Both the position numbers and the translations under genes were made by a program. The notes beneath the pieces were generated by a model. That model was not told where the DNA came from and searched no databases. It saw nothing but the letters and a program-made list of their open reading frames with translations. A DNA stretch of 64,000 nucleotides, taken from positions 450,441-514,440 of the forward strand of contig JAVCCK010000010.1 of NCBI GenBank assembly GCA_030765525.1, given 5' to 3'. The first letter of the stretch is position 1. Each line of letters opens with the position of its first letter. The stretch comes from Candidatus Lernaella stagnicola. GTDB lineage: Bacteria > Lernaellota > Lernaellaia > Lernaellales > Lernaellaceae. Below are positions 8,474-17,555 of this stretch, one piece after another.

Positions 8474-9982
8474 TCAACCGCTCTGATCTGAGGTCGAACT
8501 CTCGTCGAATTCTGGCTCCGTGGCGTCGGATTCGGTTGTGTTTTGTTGCGCCGTCGAGACGAGGCGTTCGGCGTATTCGCGCTCGTCGGCACCCTGATAA
8601 ATTGTCGTCAGTACTTCGGGAATCAGCGGCATATAGCGGGCGAAGTGTTTCGTTAAATGTAAGTCCACCGCCTCCAGAAGTTGCTCGGGTGAAGTGAAGC
8701 CGCTGACGATTTCCCGTTTGCGTTTTTTCCAATAGTTGTACTCGTCGTCTTCCAGAAAGCGAATCACGCCCGCCCAGAAAAGCAGTTTTTGGATGGCGTA
8801 GATGGTTTTCTGGGTCAGTTCGTAATGCGGCAAACCGGCCTTAGCCAGAAACTCTTCCGCGTAGGGTCCGAGTAGGTATTCCTCCAACTCGTATTGACTC
8901 ATGGGGTTGCCGGGGCCGTTGATCCGGCAGATTTCGGAAATCACGGGCTTGGCGATTTCGCGGTTATACAAGTAGATACGCGGCGACCACAACGTTCGCA
9001 AATAATCCCCCCGCCGGATGTCTTTCGGATCCTGCGGGTAATCTTGCGGGTCGTCGTGTTGGAAAGCAAAATTCGAGGGTTGATCGTGGTCGCGGTCCGT
9101 GATGGTGACAATGGAGTCGTCGCCGCTCTGGCCGTCATGGCCGGGAACGTGCCCGTCTTCGGTGGCGGCCGGTCGCTCCGCGCTCTCAGCCCCGGCCTTT
9201 AGCCCTTGGCCGGCAAGCAGTTCGATTTTCATTTCCTGGAAACGATCGTCGTAGGTCAGGCGCACCACATCCTTGCAGGCTTCGAGAAACTCGCGGAAGT
9301 TGGCGAAACCCAAGTCGGCCTCATCAAACGATGGAGCCAACTGGATCATCTGCCAACGCAGCCATCGGCCGACGGCCGGGCGATCGGTGAAGCGGTGGCG
9401 TTGCATGGCGCGGGCGAGCAGATCCTTGGCCTCCTGCATATCCATGTCGCCGACGGTTTCGCGCAGCAGGTGCGGATTTTCCGTGGCGATGGTGCGATAG
9501 AAGCGGAATAGGTTGCAGGCGCGCACGAGGTGATCGCTGGTGTGTTGGCGCGTGCCGATCCCCACGACTTTCTTGCCGTATTTGCGCAAATTGAGAATAA
9601 GGCCGGTATAGTCCGAGTCCGACGCGACGATCACGTAGGTTGTGATGGCCGGAAACGTAAATAGCGTTTCCATCGAGTCGGCGGTCAGACGGATATCAGC
9701 CGCATTTTTGCGCTGGGTGCCGCGTGTATAAATTTGGACGAGGTCGACGTTGTTCCCCAATAGATTGTACATATGAGGATTCACATAATGCCAGTTGGAG
9801 TAGGCTTTTTTGATGGCGACCCGTCCAATGTTTTGGTCGACGTACTCAAGAACCTTGCCGATTTGAAAGGGTTCTTCACCGGTCTCTTCGACGGTCAACC
9901 GCATGTTCTCAAAATCGATGAACACGGCAGCAGTTTCCTTGCCAGGGTTGAAGAGCAAAGGAGCCTCGGTGTCGTTAAACAT
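8474..9982 (-). CDS. NYN (LabA/DUF88, PIN-like) ribonuclease with OST-HTH/LOTUS domain and C-terminal extension
   Basis: 'AVFIDFENM', 'KNAADIRLTADS', 'VASDSDYTGL...GKKVVGIG...LVRACNLF'. LOTUS motif 'PSFDEADLGFANFREFLE'. Confidence 0.85.
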   Translation of the reverse strand: MFNDTEAPLLFNPGKETAAVFIDFENMRLTVEETGEEPFQIGKVLEYVDQNIGRVAIKKAYSNWHYVNPHMYNLLGNNVDLVQIYTRGTQRKNAADIRLTADSMETLFTFPAITTYVIVASDSDYTGLILNLRKYGKKVVGIGTRQHTSDHLVRACNLFRFYRTIATENPHLLRETVGDMDMQEAKDLLARAMQRHRFTDRPAVGRWLRWQMIQLAPSFDEADLGFANFREFLEACKDVVRLTYDDRFQEMKIELLAGQGLKAGAESAERPAATEDGHVPGHDGQSGDDSIVTITDRDHDQPSNFAFQHDDPQDYPQDPKDIRRGDYLRTLWSPRIYLYNREIAKPVISEICRINGPGNPMSQYELEEYLLGPYAEEFLAKAGLPHYELTQKTIYAIQKLLFWAGVIRFLEDDEYNYWKKRKREIVSGFTSPEQLLEAVDLHLTKHFARYMPLIPEVLTTIYQGADEREYAERLVSTAQQNTTESDATEPEFDESSTSDQSG

Positions 9983-10032
9983 GATTTCCTCTCCTTAAAA
10001 AATATTTAGAAAGAACAGATGCCCCGTGCCCT

Positions 10033-10060
10033 AACCTAAGACAAAACGAGAATCTGTCAA
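10033..10060 (-). promoter_or_regulatory. Putative sigma70 promoter for the NYN gene
   Basis: Minus strand TTGACA-16nt-TAGGTT. Confidence 0.4.
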
Positions 10061-10332
10061 TCCGATAAAAGCTCTTTTCGACAAGTTAGCGGAGGCCGGA
10101 GGAAAAGATCGGGAGGCGTCTTTTTTGTTTGTTTCTTATAGGTTACCGGTCAACGAGCGATAACCGGCGGCCCGAAAAGAGTATAAAGATAACTTCTCAA
10201 AGCCCGATGGGTGCACGAATAAGACGACGCATCGGCGATTAAATCTCACCGGACGATGGGGCAGGCACACTTCCTCAGCGAAGCGCAATAGGTCAATAAT
10301 AGCATAGAATATACCACTAATGAAATAATGCG

Positions 10333-10362
10333 TTGACAAATACCCCATTACTGAAATATAAG
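10333..10362 (+). promoter_or_regulatory. Putative sigma70 promoter of the ABC/SPL-like operon
   Basis: TTGACA-18nt-TATAAG in an AT-rich tract about 50 bp before ATG 10411. Confidence 0.55.
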
Positions 10363-10410
10363 CATGCATGTAGTGAATGTTACCCTCTGTTTTTAACATC
10401 GAAGGGCGGG

Positions 10411-11208
10411 ATGCGTTTGCAGCTTGTAAGAACAGCGGGACGTCGGGCGATCGGCTATTTCGTTGCCGCCGCCGCCCTTGGATTTTTCGTGTTGATCTCC
10501 GAGGTCGCGCTCAAGTATTTCGAAGTACCAGTCTACCTGCTGCCGCGACCCAGCCAAGTAATCAACGAAATCATTCAACATTTCGGTTACTACCTGACGC
10601 AGACCAGCGTTACGATGCTCGAGGCTGCCTCCGGCTTCCTGGTTGGCAATACAATCGCGTACGGTTTGGCGCTGTTTTTTGTACGCTTTCCCTCTGTGGA
10701 GAAAATGGGGCTGGCGGCGGCGGTCGCGGTGAAATCGACGCCCATCGTCGTTCTGGCGCCGCTGTTTATCATCTGGTTCGGCAACGGCTTGTTCGGCAAA
10801 TGCCTGATGGCTGCACTGATCTGCTTCTTTCCCATGCTGGTGAACTCCACGGTCGGATTGCGCTCGGTCGACCCGGATATTCTGAATTACCTGCGCAGTT
10901 TGGGTGCGACACCAACGCAGACTTTGCTCAAGGTGCGTATCCAAACCTCGTTGCCCTATGCGCTTGCCGCGGCCAAAGCCTCATCGACGATCTCGATAGT
11001 CGGGGCGATTGTCGCCGAATTGGCCGGGTCCGACGCCGGGGTCGGCTACATTTTCCTCATGTCTATCTATCGCCTGGAAACGGAAAAAATGTTCGCGGCC
11101 ATTGCCTTCGTGGCGATAGCCGGCGTTTTGTTTTACAGCTTGGTCAGTTTGCCGACACGAGTCTTGAGCCGACACGGTTGGGGTGATTACACAGCACGAA
11201 TGAGTTAA
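10411..11208 (+). CDS. ABC transporter permease, NitT/TauT (SsuC/ThiX-like) family
   Basis: 'YLLPRPSQV', 'STPIVVLAPLFIIWFG', 'FFPMLVNSTVGLRSVD', EAA-like 'RSLGAT', 'GAIVAELAGSDAGVG'. Confidence 0.9.
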   Translation: MRLQLVRTAGRRAIGYFVAAAALGFFVLISEVALKYFEVPVYLLPRPSQVINEIIQHFGYYLTQTSVTMLEAASGFLVGNTIAYGLALFFVRFPSVEKMGLAAAVAVKSTPIVVLAPLFIIWFGNGLFGKCLMAALICFFPMLVNSTVGLRSVDPDILNYLRSLGATPTQTLLKVRIQTSLPYALAAAKASSTISIVGAIVAELAGSDAGVGYIFLMSIYRLETEKMFAAIAFVAIAGVLFYSLVSLPTRVLSRHGWGDYTARMS

Positions 11209-11310
11209 CGGCGGGACCCGGGTCCGGGGAGTGCATTGGGCACGTATGGTTATTTAATGGGAAGCGATTCTTGAAGCAAGCATCGGTAATCTAGACGAAG
11301 GGGAAAGACA

Positions 11311-12390
11311 ATGGCGAGAAAAATGATGCAATCGGCCCTGGTTTTATTGTTGGCGTTTGCCGTGGTAGCGGCTCTCGGCGGCTGCAGCAAAGACAAGCCG
11401 GGCGCCACCCCGAAACCCGCGGTTGGTAAAGCGGCGCCCCAAGCTGCCGCCCCGGCCGAGAAGGCGTCGATCCGGTTGAAGTGGTTTGCTTACGGCAACT
11501 ACGTGGGCTCCTACGTCGCGAGAGACAGCGGCATTTGGAAGAACCTCGGGCTCGATGTCACCGTACATGAGGGCGGCCCGCAACTGGATTCGTGTACGAT
11601 GGTCGTCACCGATTCAGACCAATTCGGTATTGCGAGCCCCGATCAACTTTTGATCGCGCGGTCGAAGGGCCAGCCGGTTGTCGCCGTGGCGGCGCTGATG
11701 CAGAAAACGCCGATAGGCTTTTTGGTGCATGCCGACAGCGGCATCAAAGAGCCCAAGGATTTACTCGGCAAGCGCATGCGGTTCATCCCCGGGCACAACA
11801 GCGTGCACGAATACATGGCGATGATGAAATTGCACGGCCTGGATCGTTCGAAGGTGCGGGAGATCATCAACACGACCACTTTGCAGCTTTTCCTGAACCA
11901 CGAAGTCGACTTGGAACCCATCTACGTCAACTACCAGCCGCTCATCATGAAGAAGAGGGGCATTCCGGTAGATGTGTTCAAACCCTCGGATTTCGGCATC
12001 GACAGCTACGGCAATATCTTGGTCGCTTCCGAGAAGCTCGTGCGTGAGAACCCGAAACTCGTGACCCGCTTTATCAAGGGCTTGCTGGACGGTTGGCGCA
12101 AAACCCACGCCGATCCCGCGATGGCCGCGAGCCTTCTGGTCAAGCTGAAACCGAACTTGGACCCTGAAATCGAAGCCGGTATCGCGGCGGGCACTAAGGA
12201 ATTCATGGAGCGGGAAGACGGCCGCATGGGTTGGATGACCGAAGAAAAATGGAGCCACGTCATCGATCTGTTCCAACAAGGCGGCGTGATCGAGAAAAAA
12301 CCCGATCCGAAAACCGTGTTTACCAATCGCTTTATGGAAGAAATTTACGGCGCAGCCCCGACCGCCCCTGCAGCGCCGCCCAAACCGTAG
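11311..12390 (+). CDS. ABC substrate-binding lipoprotein, NMT1/THI5 (SsuA/ThiY-like) family
   Basis: Lipobox LGGC; 'IRLKWFAYGNYVGSYVARDSGIWKNLGLDVTVHEGGP', 'DFGIDSYGNILVAS'. Confidence 0.85.
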   Translation: MARKMMQSALVLLLAFAVVAALGGCSKDKPGATPKPAVGKAAPQAAAPAEKASIRLKWFAYGNYVGSYVARDSGIWKNLGLDVTVHEGGPQLDSCTMVVTDSDQFGIASPDQLLIARSKGQPVVAVAALMQKTPIGFLVHADSGIKEPKDLLGKRMRFIPGHNSVHEYMAMMKLHGLDRSKVREIINTTTLQLFLNHEVDLEPIYVNYQPLIMKKRGIPVDVFKPSDFGIDSYGNILVASEKLVRENPKLVTRFIKGLLDGWRKTHADPAMAASLLVKLKPNLDPEIEAGIAAGTKEFMEREDGRMGWMTEEKWSHVIDLFQQGGVIEKKPDPKTVFTNRFMEEIYGAAPTAPAAPPKP

Positions 12391-12417
12391 CCCGAAGCCG
12401 GCGAACAAGGCGGAGAG

Positions 12418-13248
12418 TTGCAGACTGCAACAAGACATACGCGCAGCAGCGCGATCGACGTCGCTGATCTGGTCGTGGATTATCCCGGCCTCAACGGCGA
12501 AGCCTTACGGGCCGTGGAACGCGTCGAATTCGCCGCGACTCCCGGTCGCCGGATCGCGTTGGTGGGCCCCTCAGGTTGCGGTAAATCGACAATTCTCAAG
12601 GCAATGGCCGGATTGCTGCGGCCCACCGGCGGCCGGATTCTCTTCGACGGTCTGGTGCCGCAAGCGGCCCGAGAGCAGAAGCTGTTCGGGTTGGTGCCGC
12701 AGCATCCGGCGTTATTGAAATGGCGCGTCGCGCGTGACAACGTCGCGCTTCCGTTGGAATTGAGCGGCGCGCGCAACGCCGCATCGCTGCGCCGGGTCGA
12801 CGAATTGTTGGAACTGTTCGGCTTAGACTCCTTCGCCAGATATTACCCGAACCAATTATCCGGCGGCATGCAATCGCGCGTGGCGATCGCGCGGGCGCTG
12901 GCGCTGGAGCCGGGCGCGCTGCTGCTCGACGAGTGTTTCGGCAGCTTGGATGAATTGACGCGGGAACGCCTCTACTGCGAACTCTCGCCCATGTGGCACG
13001 AACTGGGAACGACGTTGGTGCTCGTTACTCACTCACTAGCCGAGGCCATCTACCTGTCCGACGAGATCGTTGTGCTCACGTCTTTGCCGGCGCGGGTAGC
13101 CGGACGGGTGATTGTCGGCGCGCCGCAACCCCGGTCGGAAGAGTTCATTCAGAGCGAGGAATTCCTGGCGGCGATGTCGCGGGCCCGCGCTCTTCTGGGA
13201 TTGAGCGGCGACCCAGCAACTAAAAATTTATCGGAGGCGGTACCATGA
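12418..13248 (+). CDS. ABC transporter ATP-binding protein, NitT/TauT family
   Basis: Walker A GPSGCGKST, signature LSGGMQSR, Walker B LLLDE, H-loop VTH. Confidence 0.92.
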   Translation: MQTATRHTRSSAIDVADLVVDYPGLNGEALRAVERVEFAATPGRRIALVGPSGCGKSTILKAMAGLLRPTGGRILFDGLVPQAAREQKLFGLVPQHPALLKWRVARDNVALPLELSGARNAASLRRVDELLELFGLDSFARYYPNQLSGGMQSRVAIARALALEPGALLLDECFGSLDELTRERLYCELSPMWHELGTTLVLVTHSLAEAIYLSDEIVVLTSLPARVAGRVIVGAPQPRSEEFIQSEEFLAAMSRARALLGLSGDPATKNLSEAVP

Positions 13249-14480
13249 TGGCCTCACAAAACCGGACGTTGGATCCTCGCGTTGCCGTCAAACATATTTT
13301 GGTCGAGCGGCAGGCGCAGCAAGAGTACTTGTCGCGGGTCGGAGGCGTCCTCGATCAGTTTCCCGGGCGGAAACCGACGTACGTCGACGACTTCGAAGCG
13401 ACGACGATCGCACGTGTTTTCCGCGAGCAGCTGGGTGAAGATCGCCCCCTGGCGGATGATTCGTCCGAAGCGGTGGGCATAGGCAAACGCGTACTGGCGA
13501 TCGGCGCCCGGCGCGACGGGCGGATCGTCGAAAAGTTTACCGATGAAAAGGGAATGATCTGCCACGGATTTCACTATCTGCACGTCATGGCCAACGGCTG
13601 CGTGTTCAATTGCCAATACTGTTTTCTGCACGGCTCCATCTGGGCGCGGTCGGTGCCCACGATCATCAAGCTGAACATCAACTACGAGGACATCTCCACG
13701 CGGATGCGAGAGATCGCAGCCGACAATTTACGTCAGGGCAAGTGCACGCGCTTCAACATGGGCGTAATGATGGATTCGTTCGCGTTCGAGCCGACGATCG
13801 GTTTTCTGCGATATATCATTCCGCTGCTGGGCCACGACGACTTCGCGGCGACCACGCTGATCCTGCTCTCCAAAAGCAACGAGATCACGGAGTTGCTCAA
13901 CGCGGCACGCCGCTATCCGTGGGCCACCAAACGAGTGCTACCCGGTTTCAGTGTGAATTCCGTAACGGCAGCCACGCGCTTTGAAGGCGGTACGGCCGGA
14001 ACGCATGCGCGCCTGGCGGCAGCGCGACAACTGCAATCCGCCGGCTATGCGGTTCGCTTGCGTATCGACCCCGTAATTCCCATCGGAGATTGGGCGACCG
14101 AATACAAGCACCTCGTCGATCTTATTTACCGGGAGTACGAAATCGACCCGCAACCCTTGCTCGTGGCATCGTTACGCTTTGACGACCCGCAGCCGATTAA
14201 CAGGGCGCGGGGGCGTTTTCCCTTCTCCCCCCTCTTTGATCTACCGCTTACCTTGGATGACGGCGCGAAATGGCGGCTGCCCTTCGATTTCCGGCGCGAA
14301 ATTTTCGCGACGATCATCGATTACATCCGTCGCATTGCGCCACAGCAACGGCTCGGCCTGTGCAAGGAAAAAGCCGCGACGTGGAAGACCCTGGGCCTGG
14401 ACCCTCGCCCCACCTGCGGGGCTTCCGATTGCTTGGAGCCCCCGTCCGGCGCCGCGGTCGTCGAGCCCGACCAACCGTAA
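13245..14480 (+). CDS. Spore photoproduct lyase (SplB)-like radical SAM protein
   Basis: CxxxCxxC 'GCVFNCQYCFL'; SPL-family segments 'LSKS', 'FSVN...RFEGGTAG..ARLAAA', 'LRIDPVIP..DW..EY', 'GAKWR', 'LCKE'. Confidence 0.8.
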   Translation: MMASQNRTLDPRVAVKHILVERQAQQEYLSRVGGVLDQFPGRKPTYVDDFEATTIARVFREQLGEDRPLADDSSEAVGIGKRVLAIGARRDGRIVEKFTDEKGMICHGFHYLHVMANGCVFNCQYCFLHGSIWARSVPTIIKLNINYEDISTRMREIAADNLRQGKCTRFNMGVMMDSFAFEPTIGFLRYIIPLLGHDDFAATTLILLSKSNEITELLNAARRYPWATKRVLPGFSVNSVTAATRFEGGTAGTHARLAAARQLQSAGYAVRLRIDPVIPIGDWATEYKHLVDLIYREYEIDPQPLLVASLRFDDPQPINRARGRFPFSPLFDLPLTLDDGAKWRLPFDFRREIFATIIDYIRRIAPQQRLGLCKEKAATWKTLGLDPRPTCGASDCLEPPSGAAVVEPDQP

Positions 14481-14496
14481 TCGAAAGGAGACGACA

Positions 14497-14793
14497 ATGA
14501 TTGTCAAACTAGAGATCGCTTATTTGCCGGAGTATTCGCCGGAAATGGGCAAACGGTTCAAACAGGAAATCCAGTGGCCTGCGGGCGTCGTCATGCGCGG
14601 CCCCTATCTTTACCCCGTTATCAGCGAGGGTAAGCGTGCCCTGTTCCTGTTCGAATTCGACAAAGCGCGCATGGGCGAGGCGATGGACGCCATTCGCGTA
14701 TACCCGCTTCGCTTTTACGGAATGCCGGGCTTCAGCTACTCGCTGCAAATCTGTATCGAGGCTGTCAGCGAAGCGCGGGATTTCATGCCCTGA
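14497..14793 (+). CDS. Small uncharacterised protein (98 aa), probable ferredoxin-like dimeric alpha+beta barrel
   Basis: AAGGAG RBS then ATG 14497 (MIVKLEIAYLPEYSPEMGKRF...GPY...PGFSYS); inside the operon. Confidence 0.65.
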   Translation: MIVKLEIAYLPEYSPEMGKRFKQEIQWPAGVVMRGPYLYPVISEGKRALFLFEFDKARMGEAMDAIRVYPLRFYGMPGFSYSLQICIEAVSEARDFMP

Positions 14794-14834
14794 CAACGGT
14801 CGCAGTCGACCGAATCAGCAAGCGCGAGGTAACG

Positions 14835-16277
14835 ATGAACGAGACAATTGCCACGTTGTTTATCAACGGCGAATGGCGGCGGACCGACCGCGTCTTCATG
14901 GTGGACGACCCCGCCACGTCCGAACCGTTTGCCGCGGCTTCCGATGCCGCTTCCGATGACGTGCGTGCGGCGATTGCCGCGGCGTACGATGCGTTTCCGG
15001 AGTGGTCGCAAACCACGCCGCAGAAGCGGGCCGACATTCTGCTCGAAATCGCGCGCCGGATGCGGGCGAACAAAGAAACGCTGGCGACCATCTTGACCCG
15101 CGAAAACGGCAAGCCATTGGCCGAATCCCGAGCGGAAATCGATTTCGGCATCGGGTTCTTCATCTGGTTCGCCGAAGAGGCTAAGCGAGCCCGCGGCGAA
15201 ATTGTTCCCAGCAATGCGCCCGGTAAAAGACGGCTAGTGATTCGCCAACCGCTGGGAGTGATCGCGGCGATTACCCCGTGGAACCTGCCCGTTGCCATCC
15301 TGGCCCGCAAAGTCGCGCCGATTCTCGCCGCCGGTTGCACCGCGGTCGTTAAACCCGCCGAGCAAACCCCGTGTACCGCGATTGAGATGTTTAAAATTTT
15401 CGCGGCCGCCGGCCTACCTGCGGGCGTGGCGAATTTAATTACCGTCGCCGACCCGTCGCCGGTGGGTAAGGAGTTCGTTGCCAATTCCCGCGTGGCGAAG
15501 ATCACGTTCACCGGTTCCACGGCGGTGGGGCGGGAACTAGCGGCCGGGGCGGGGCGCCAACTCAAGCGCGTTTCTCTGGAATTAGGCGGGCACGCGCCGT
15601 TTATCGTTTTCGCCGACGCCGATGTGGATCACGCCGTGCGCCAATTGGTTGTCTCGAAATTCCGCAACAGCGGCCAAACCTGCCTATGCGCGAACCGCAT
15701 TTTCGTTCACGAAGAAATACTGGACTCGTTTTGCCGCAAGCTCGTGGCCGCCGTGCAAGATCTTCGCGTTGGGGGCGGTCTGTCGCCGGAGACGGATATC
15801 GGCCCCATGATCGATCGCGACGGATTCGACAAGGTGCGGCGGCATGTCGAGGACGCCATCCAAGCCGGGGCCGAGTGCCTCGCGGGCGGCCGCCCCGTCG
15901 AGGTTCCCGGCTGGGAACGCGGGCTCTTCTACGCGCCGACCGTGTTGAAATGCGCCACCGAGGACCTAGTCGTCTGCCGGGAAGAAACCTTCGGCCCCGT
16001 GGCGCCGATTTTGGGCTTTACGGAGGAAGAGGCTGTGGTTCGGGCGGCGAATGATTCGGTATACGGATTGTCCGGCTACGTGTTCACCCGCGATTTGGGG
16101 CGCGCCGTGCGGGTGGCCGAGGCGTTGGAGTGCGGTGTCATCGGCGTGAACGACGGTTTGACGCCGGTACCCGAGTGTCCCTTCGGTGGCTTCAAGCAAA
16201 GCGGCATCGGCCGTGAGGGCGGCTGGCAGGGGTTGGACGAATGTCTGGAAACCAAATACATCACCGTCGCGTACTGA
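14835..16277 (+). CDS. gabD: NAD(P)-dependent succinate-semialdehyde dehydrogenase-like aldehyde dehydrogenase
   Basis: 'ITPWNLP', 'KPAEQTP', 'FTGSTAVG', 'LELGGHAP', 'KFRNSGQTCLCANR', 'EETFGPV', 'PFGGFKQSGIGREG'. Confidence 0.85.
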   Translation: MNETIATLFINGEWRRTDRVFMVDDPATSEPFAAASDAASDDVRAAIAAAYDAFPEWSQTTPQKRADILLEIARRMRANKETLATILTRENGKPLAESRAEIDFGIGFFIWFAEEAKRARGEIVPSNAPGKRRLVIRQPLGVIAAITPWNLPVAILARKVAPILAAGCTAVVKPAEQTPCTAIEMFKIFAAAGLPAGVANLITVADPSPVGKEFVANSRVAKITFTGSTAVGRELAAGAGRQLKRVSLELGGHAPFIVFADADVDHAVRQLVVSKFRNSGQTCLCANRIFVHEEILDSFCRKLVAAVQDLRVGGGLSPETDIGPMIDRDGFDKVRRHVEDAIQAGAECLAGGRPVEVPGWERGLFYAPTVLKCATEDLVVCREETFGPVAPILGFTEEEAVVRAANDSVYGLSGYVFTRDLGRAVRVAEALECGVIGVNDGLTPVPECPFGGFKQSGIGREGGWQGLDECLETKYITVAY

Positions 16278-16316
16278 TGCCGCAATAAGGCGTCGAATAA
16301 TTTGCCGGAAATGTTC

Positions 16317-17555
16317 TTACATCAAATGCGCGGTCAGGGTCACGTTGCCGATGCGTAGGCGGTCGCCGTTGTGCAATTGGACCTTCTTTGCCCGTTTGTC
16401 GTTGACGTACGTGCCGCCGCCCAGATCCTTGAGATAGAACGTCCCTTTTCGGTCGACCTTGATCCACGCGTGCTTCGGGGCGACGTCGGGGTAGGGTAGG
16501 TAGACGTCGCAGTCTTCCTGCGAGCCAATCATGGTGCGGCCGCCGGCGAAAGTGCCGGTGAGCACGAGGTTGTGAACCCGCGTACCCCCGTCGGGCTTTT
16601 CCTCAATGAGGCACGGATTGATCGTCGTGCTGATCAGGCGGCGATCGCGGACGTCGGCGTCGTGGAAGAAGCCCTGTTCCACCTCGTCCTCGAAGATTTC
16701 TTCCACTTCGGTAACGAGGGGTTCACCGTCTTCGCCGTATTCGATTTCTTCCTCGGCGACGATGCGGCCGCCGGCGAAGTCTTCTTCGGATACCGGCTCG
16801 TAGACTTCTTCCTCTTCGGCTGCGGCTTCGGCCGCTTCGGCTACCAATTCCTGCTCGACCTCTTCCCCGTATTTTTCCACGAGCTGGTCGGCGAAAACGG
16901 GCATTTGCAGGGTGTCGAGTTCCTGTAATTGAATTTCGACTTGTTCGATATCTTCGGCGGCGACGGTCACTTCTTTTTGAGCCGTTTCGATTTTTTGCCG
17001 GGCGCCGTCTTTGAGGCTTTCGTACTCGGCTTCGTTATCTTCGAACTCGCCGATTTCGGCGCGGAGGTCGATCTCTTCCAGTTCCGAATTGGCGGCTTCG
17101 ATTTCCTTTTCGAAGGCAGCACGTTGATTGCCCCGCGCGACGATGTAATCCTCGCATTCGGCCCTTTTGTCCGCGACCTGCTTCTGCCAATCGGTTTGGG
17201 CGACTTCGAGTTCGGCCGCGTATTTCTGTACGACTCGGTCGCGCACCGTTTCGGGTGTGACTAGATGGTGTGCGGCGTCTTCGGCGCGACGTTGGGCTTC
17301 TTCCTCGGCCTGGCGGCGGGCTTCTTCCTCCGCGGCGCGTCGCTCCGCTTCTTCACGTTCACGCTCTTCCTCGATGCGGCGCTGTACGTCGGCGATGCGG
17401 GCTTCCACGTCGATGGTCTTCTCGTCGATTTCGCCACGCAGCTTTTCGTACAGCTCGGGACGCACCTTGTCACGGCGCGCCTCGAGTTTCTGCATACGTT
17501 CGAGGTAGCTCTCCTTCTCCTGTTGGAGAGTCGCGAGTTCGTCCTGCAGACTCAT
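16317..17555 (-). CDS. Coiled-coil/acidic protein with C-terminal degenerate FHA domain
   Basis: Long Glu-rich heptad region; 'TMIGSQEDCDVYLPYPDVAPKHAWI...YLKDLGGGTYVND...LHNGDRLRIG'. Confidence 0.8.
   Translation of the reverse strand: MSLQDELATLQQEKESYLERMQKLEARRDKVRPELYEKLRGEIDEKTIDVEARIADVQRRIEEEREREEAERRAAEEEARRQAEEEAQRRAEDAAHHLVTPETVRDRVVQKYAAELEVAQTDWQKQVADKRAECEDYIVARGNQRAAFEKEIEAANSELEEIDLRAEIGEFEDNEAEYESLKDGARQKIETAQKEVTVAAEDIEQVEIQLQELDTLQMPVFADQLVEKYGEEVEQELVAEAAEAAAEEEEVYEPVSEEDFAGGRIVAEEEIEYGEDGEPLVTEVEEIFEDEVEQGFFHDADVRDRRLISTTINPCLIEEKPDGGTRVHNLVLTGTFAGGRTMIGSQEDCDVYLPYPDVAPKHAWIKVDRKGTFYLKDLGGGTYVNDKRAKKVQLHNGDRLRIGNVTLTAHLM

Noticed and set aside
10021..10410. TPP riboswitch ahead of the THI5-like ABC operon
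   Set aside because: The CUGAGA and ACCUGA...UAAU...GCGNAGG core was not found; only an AT-rich promoter region.
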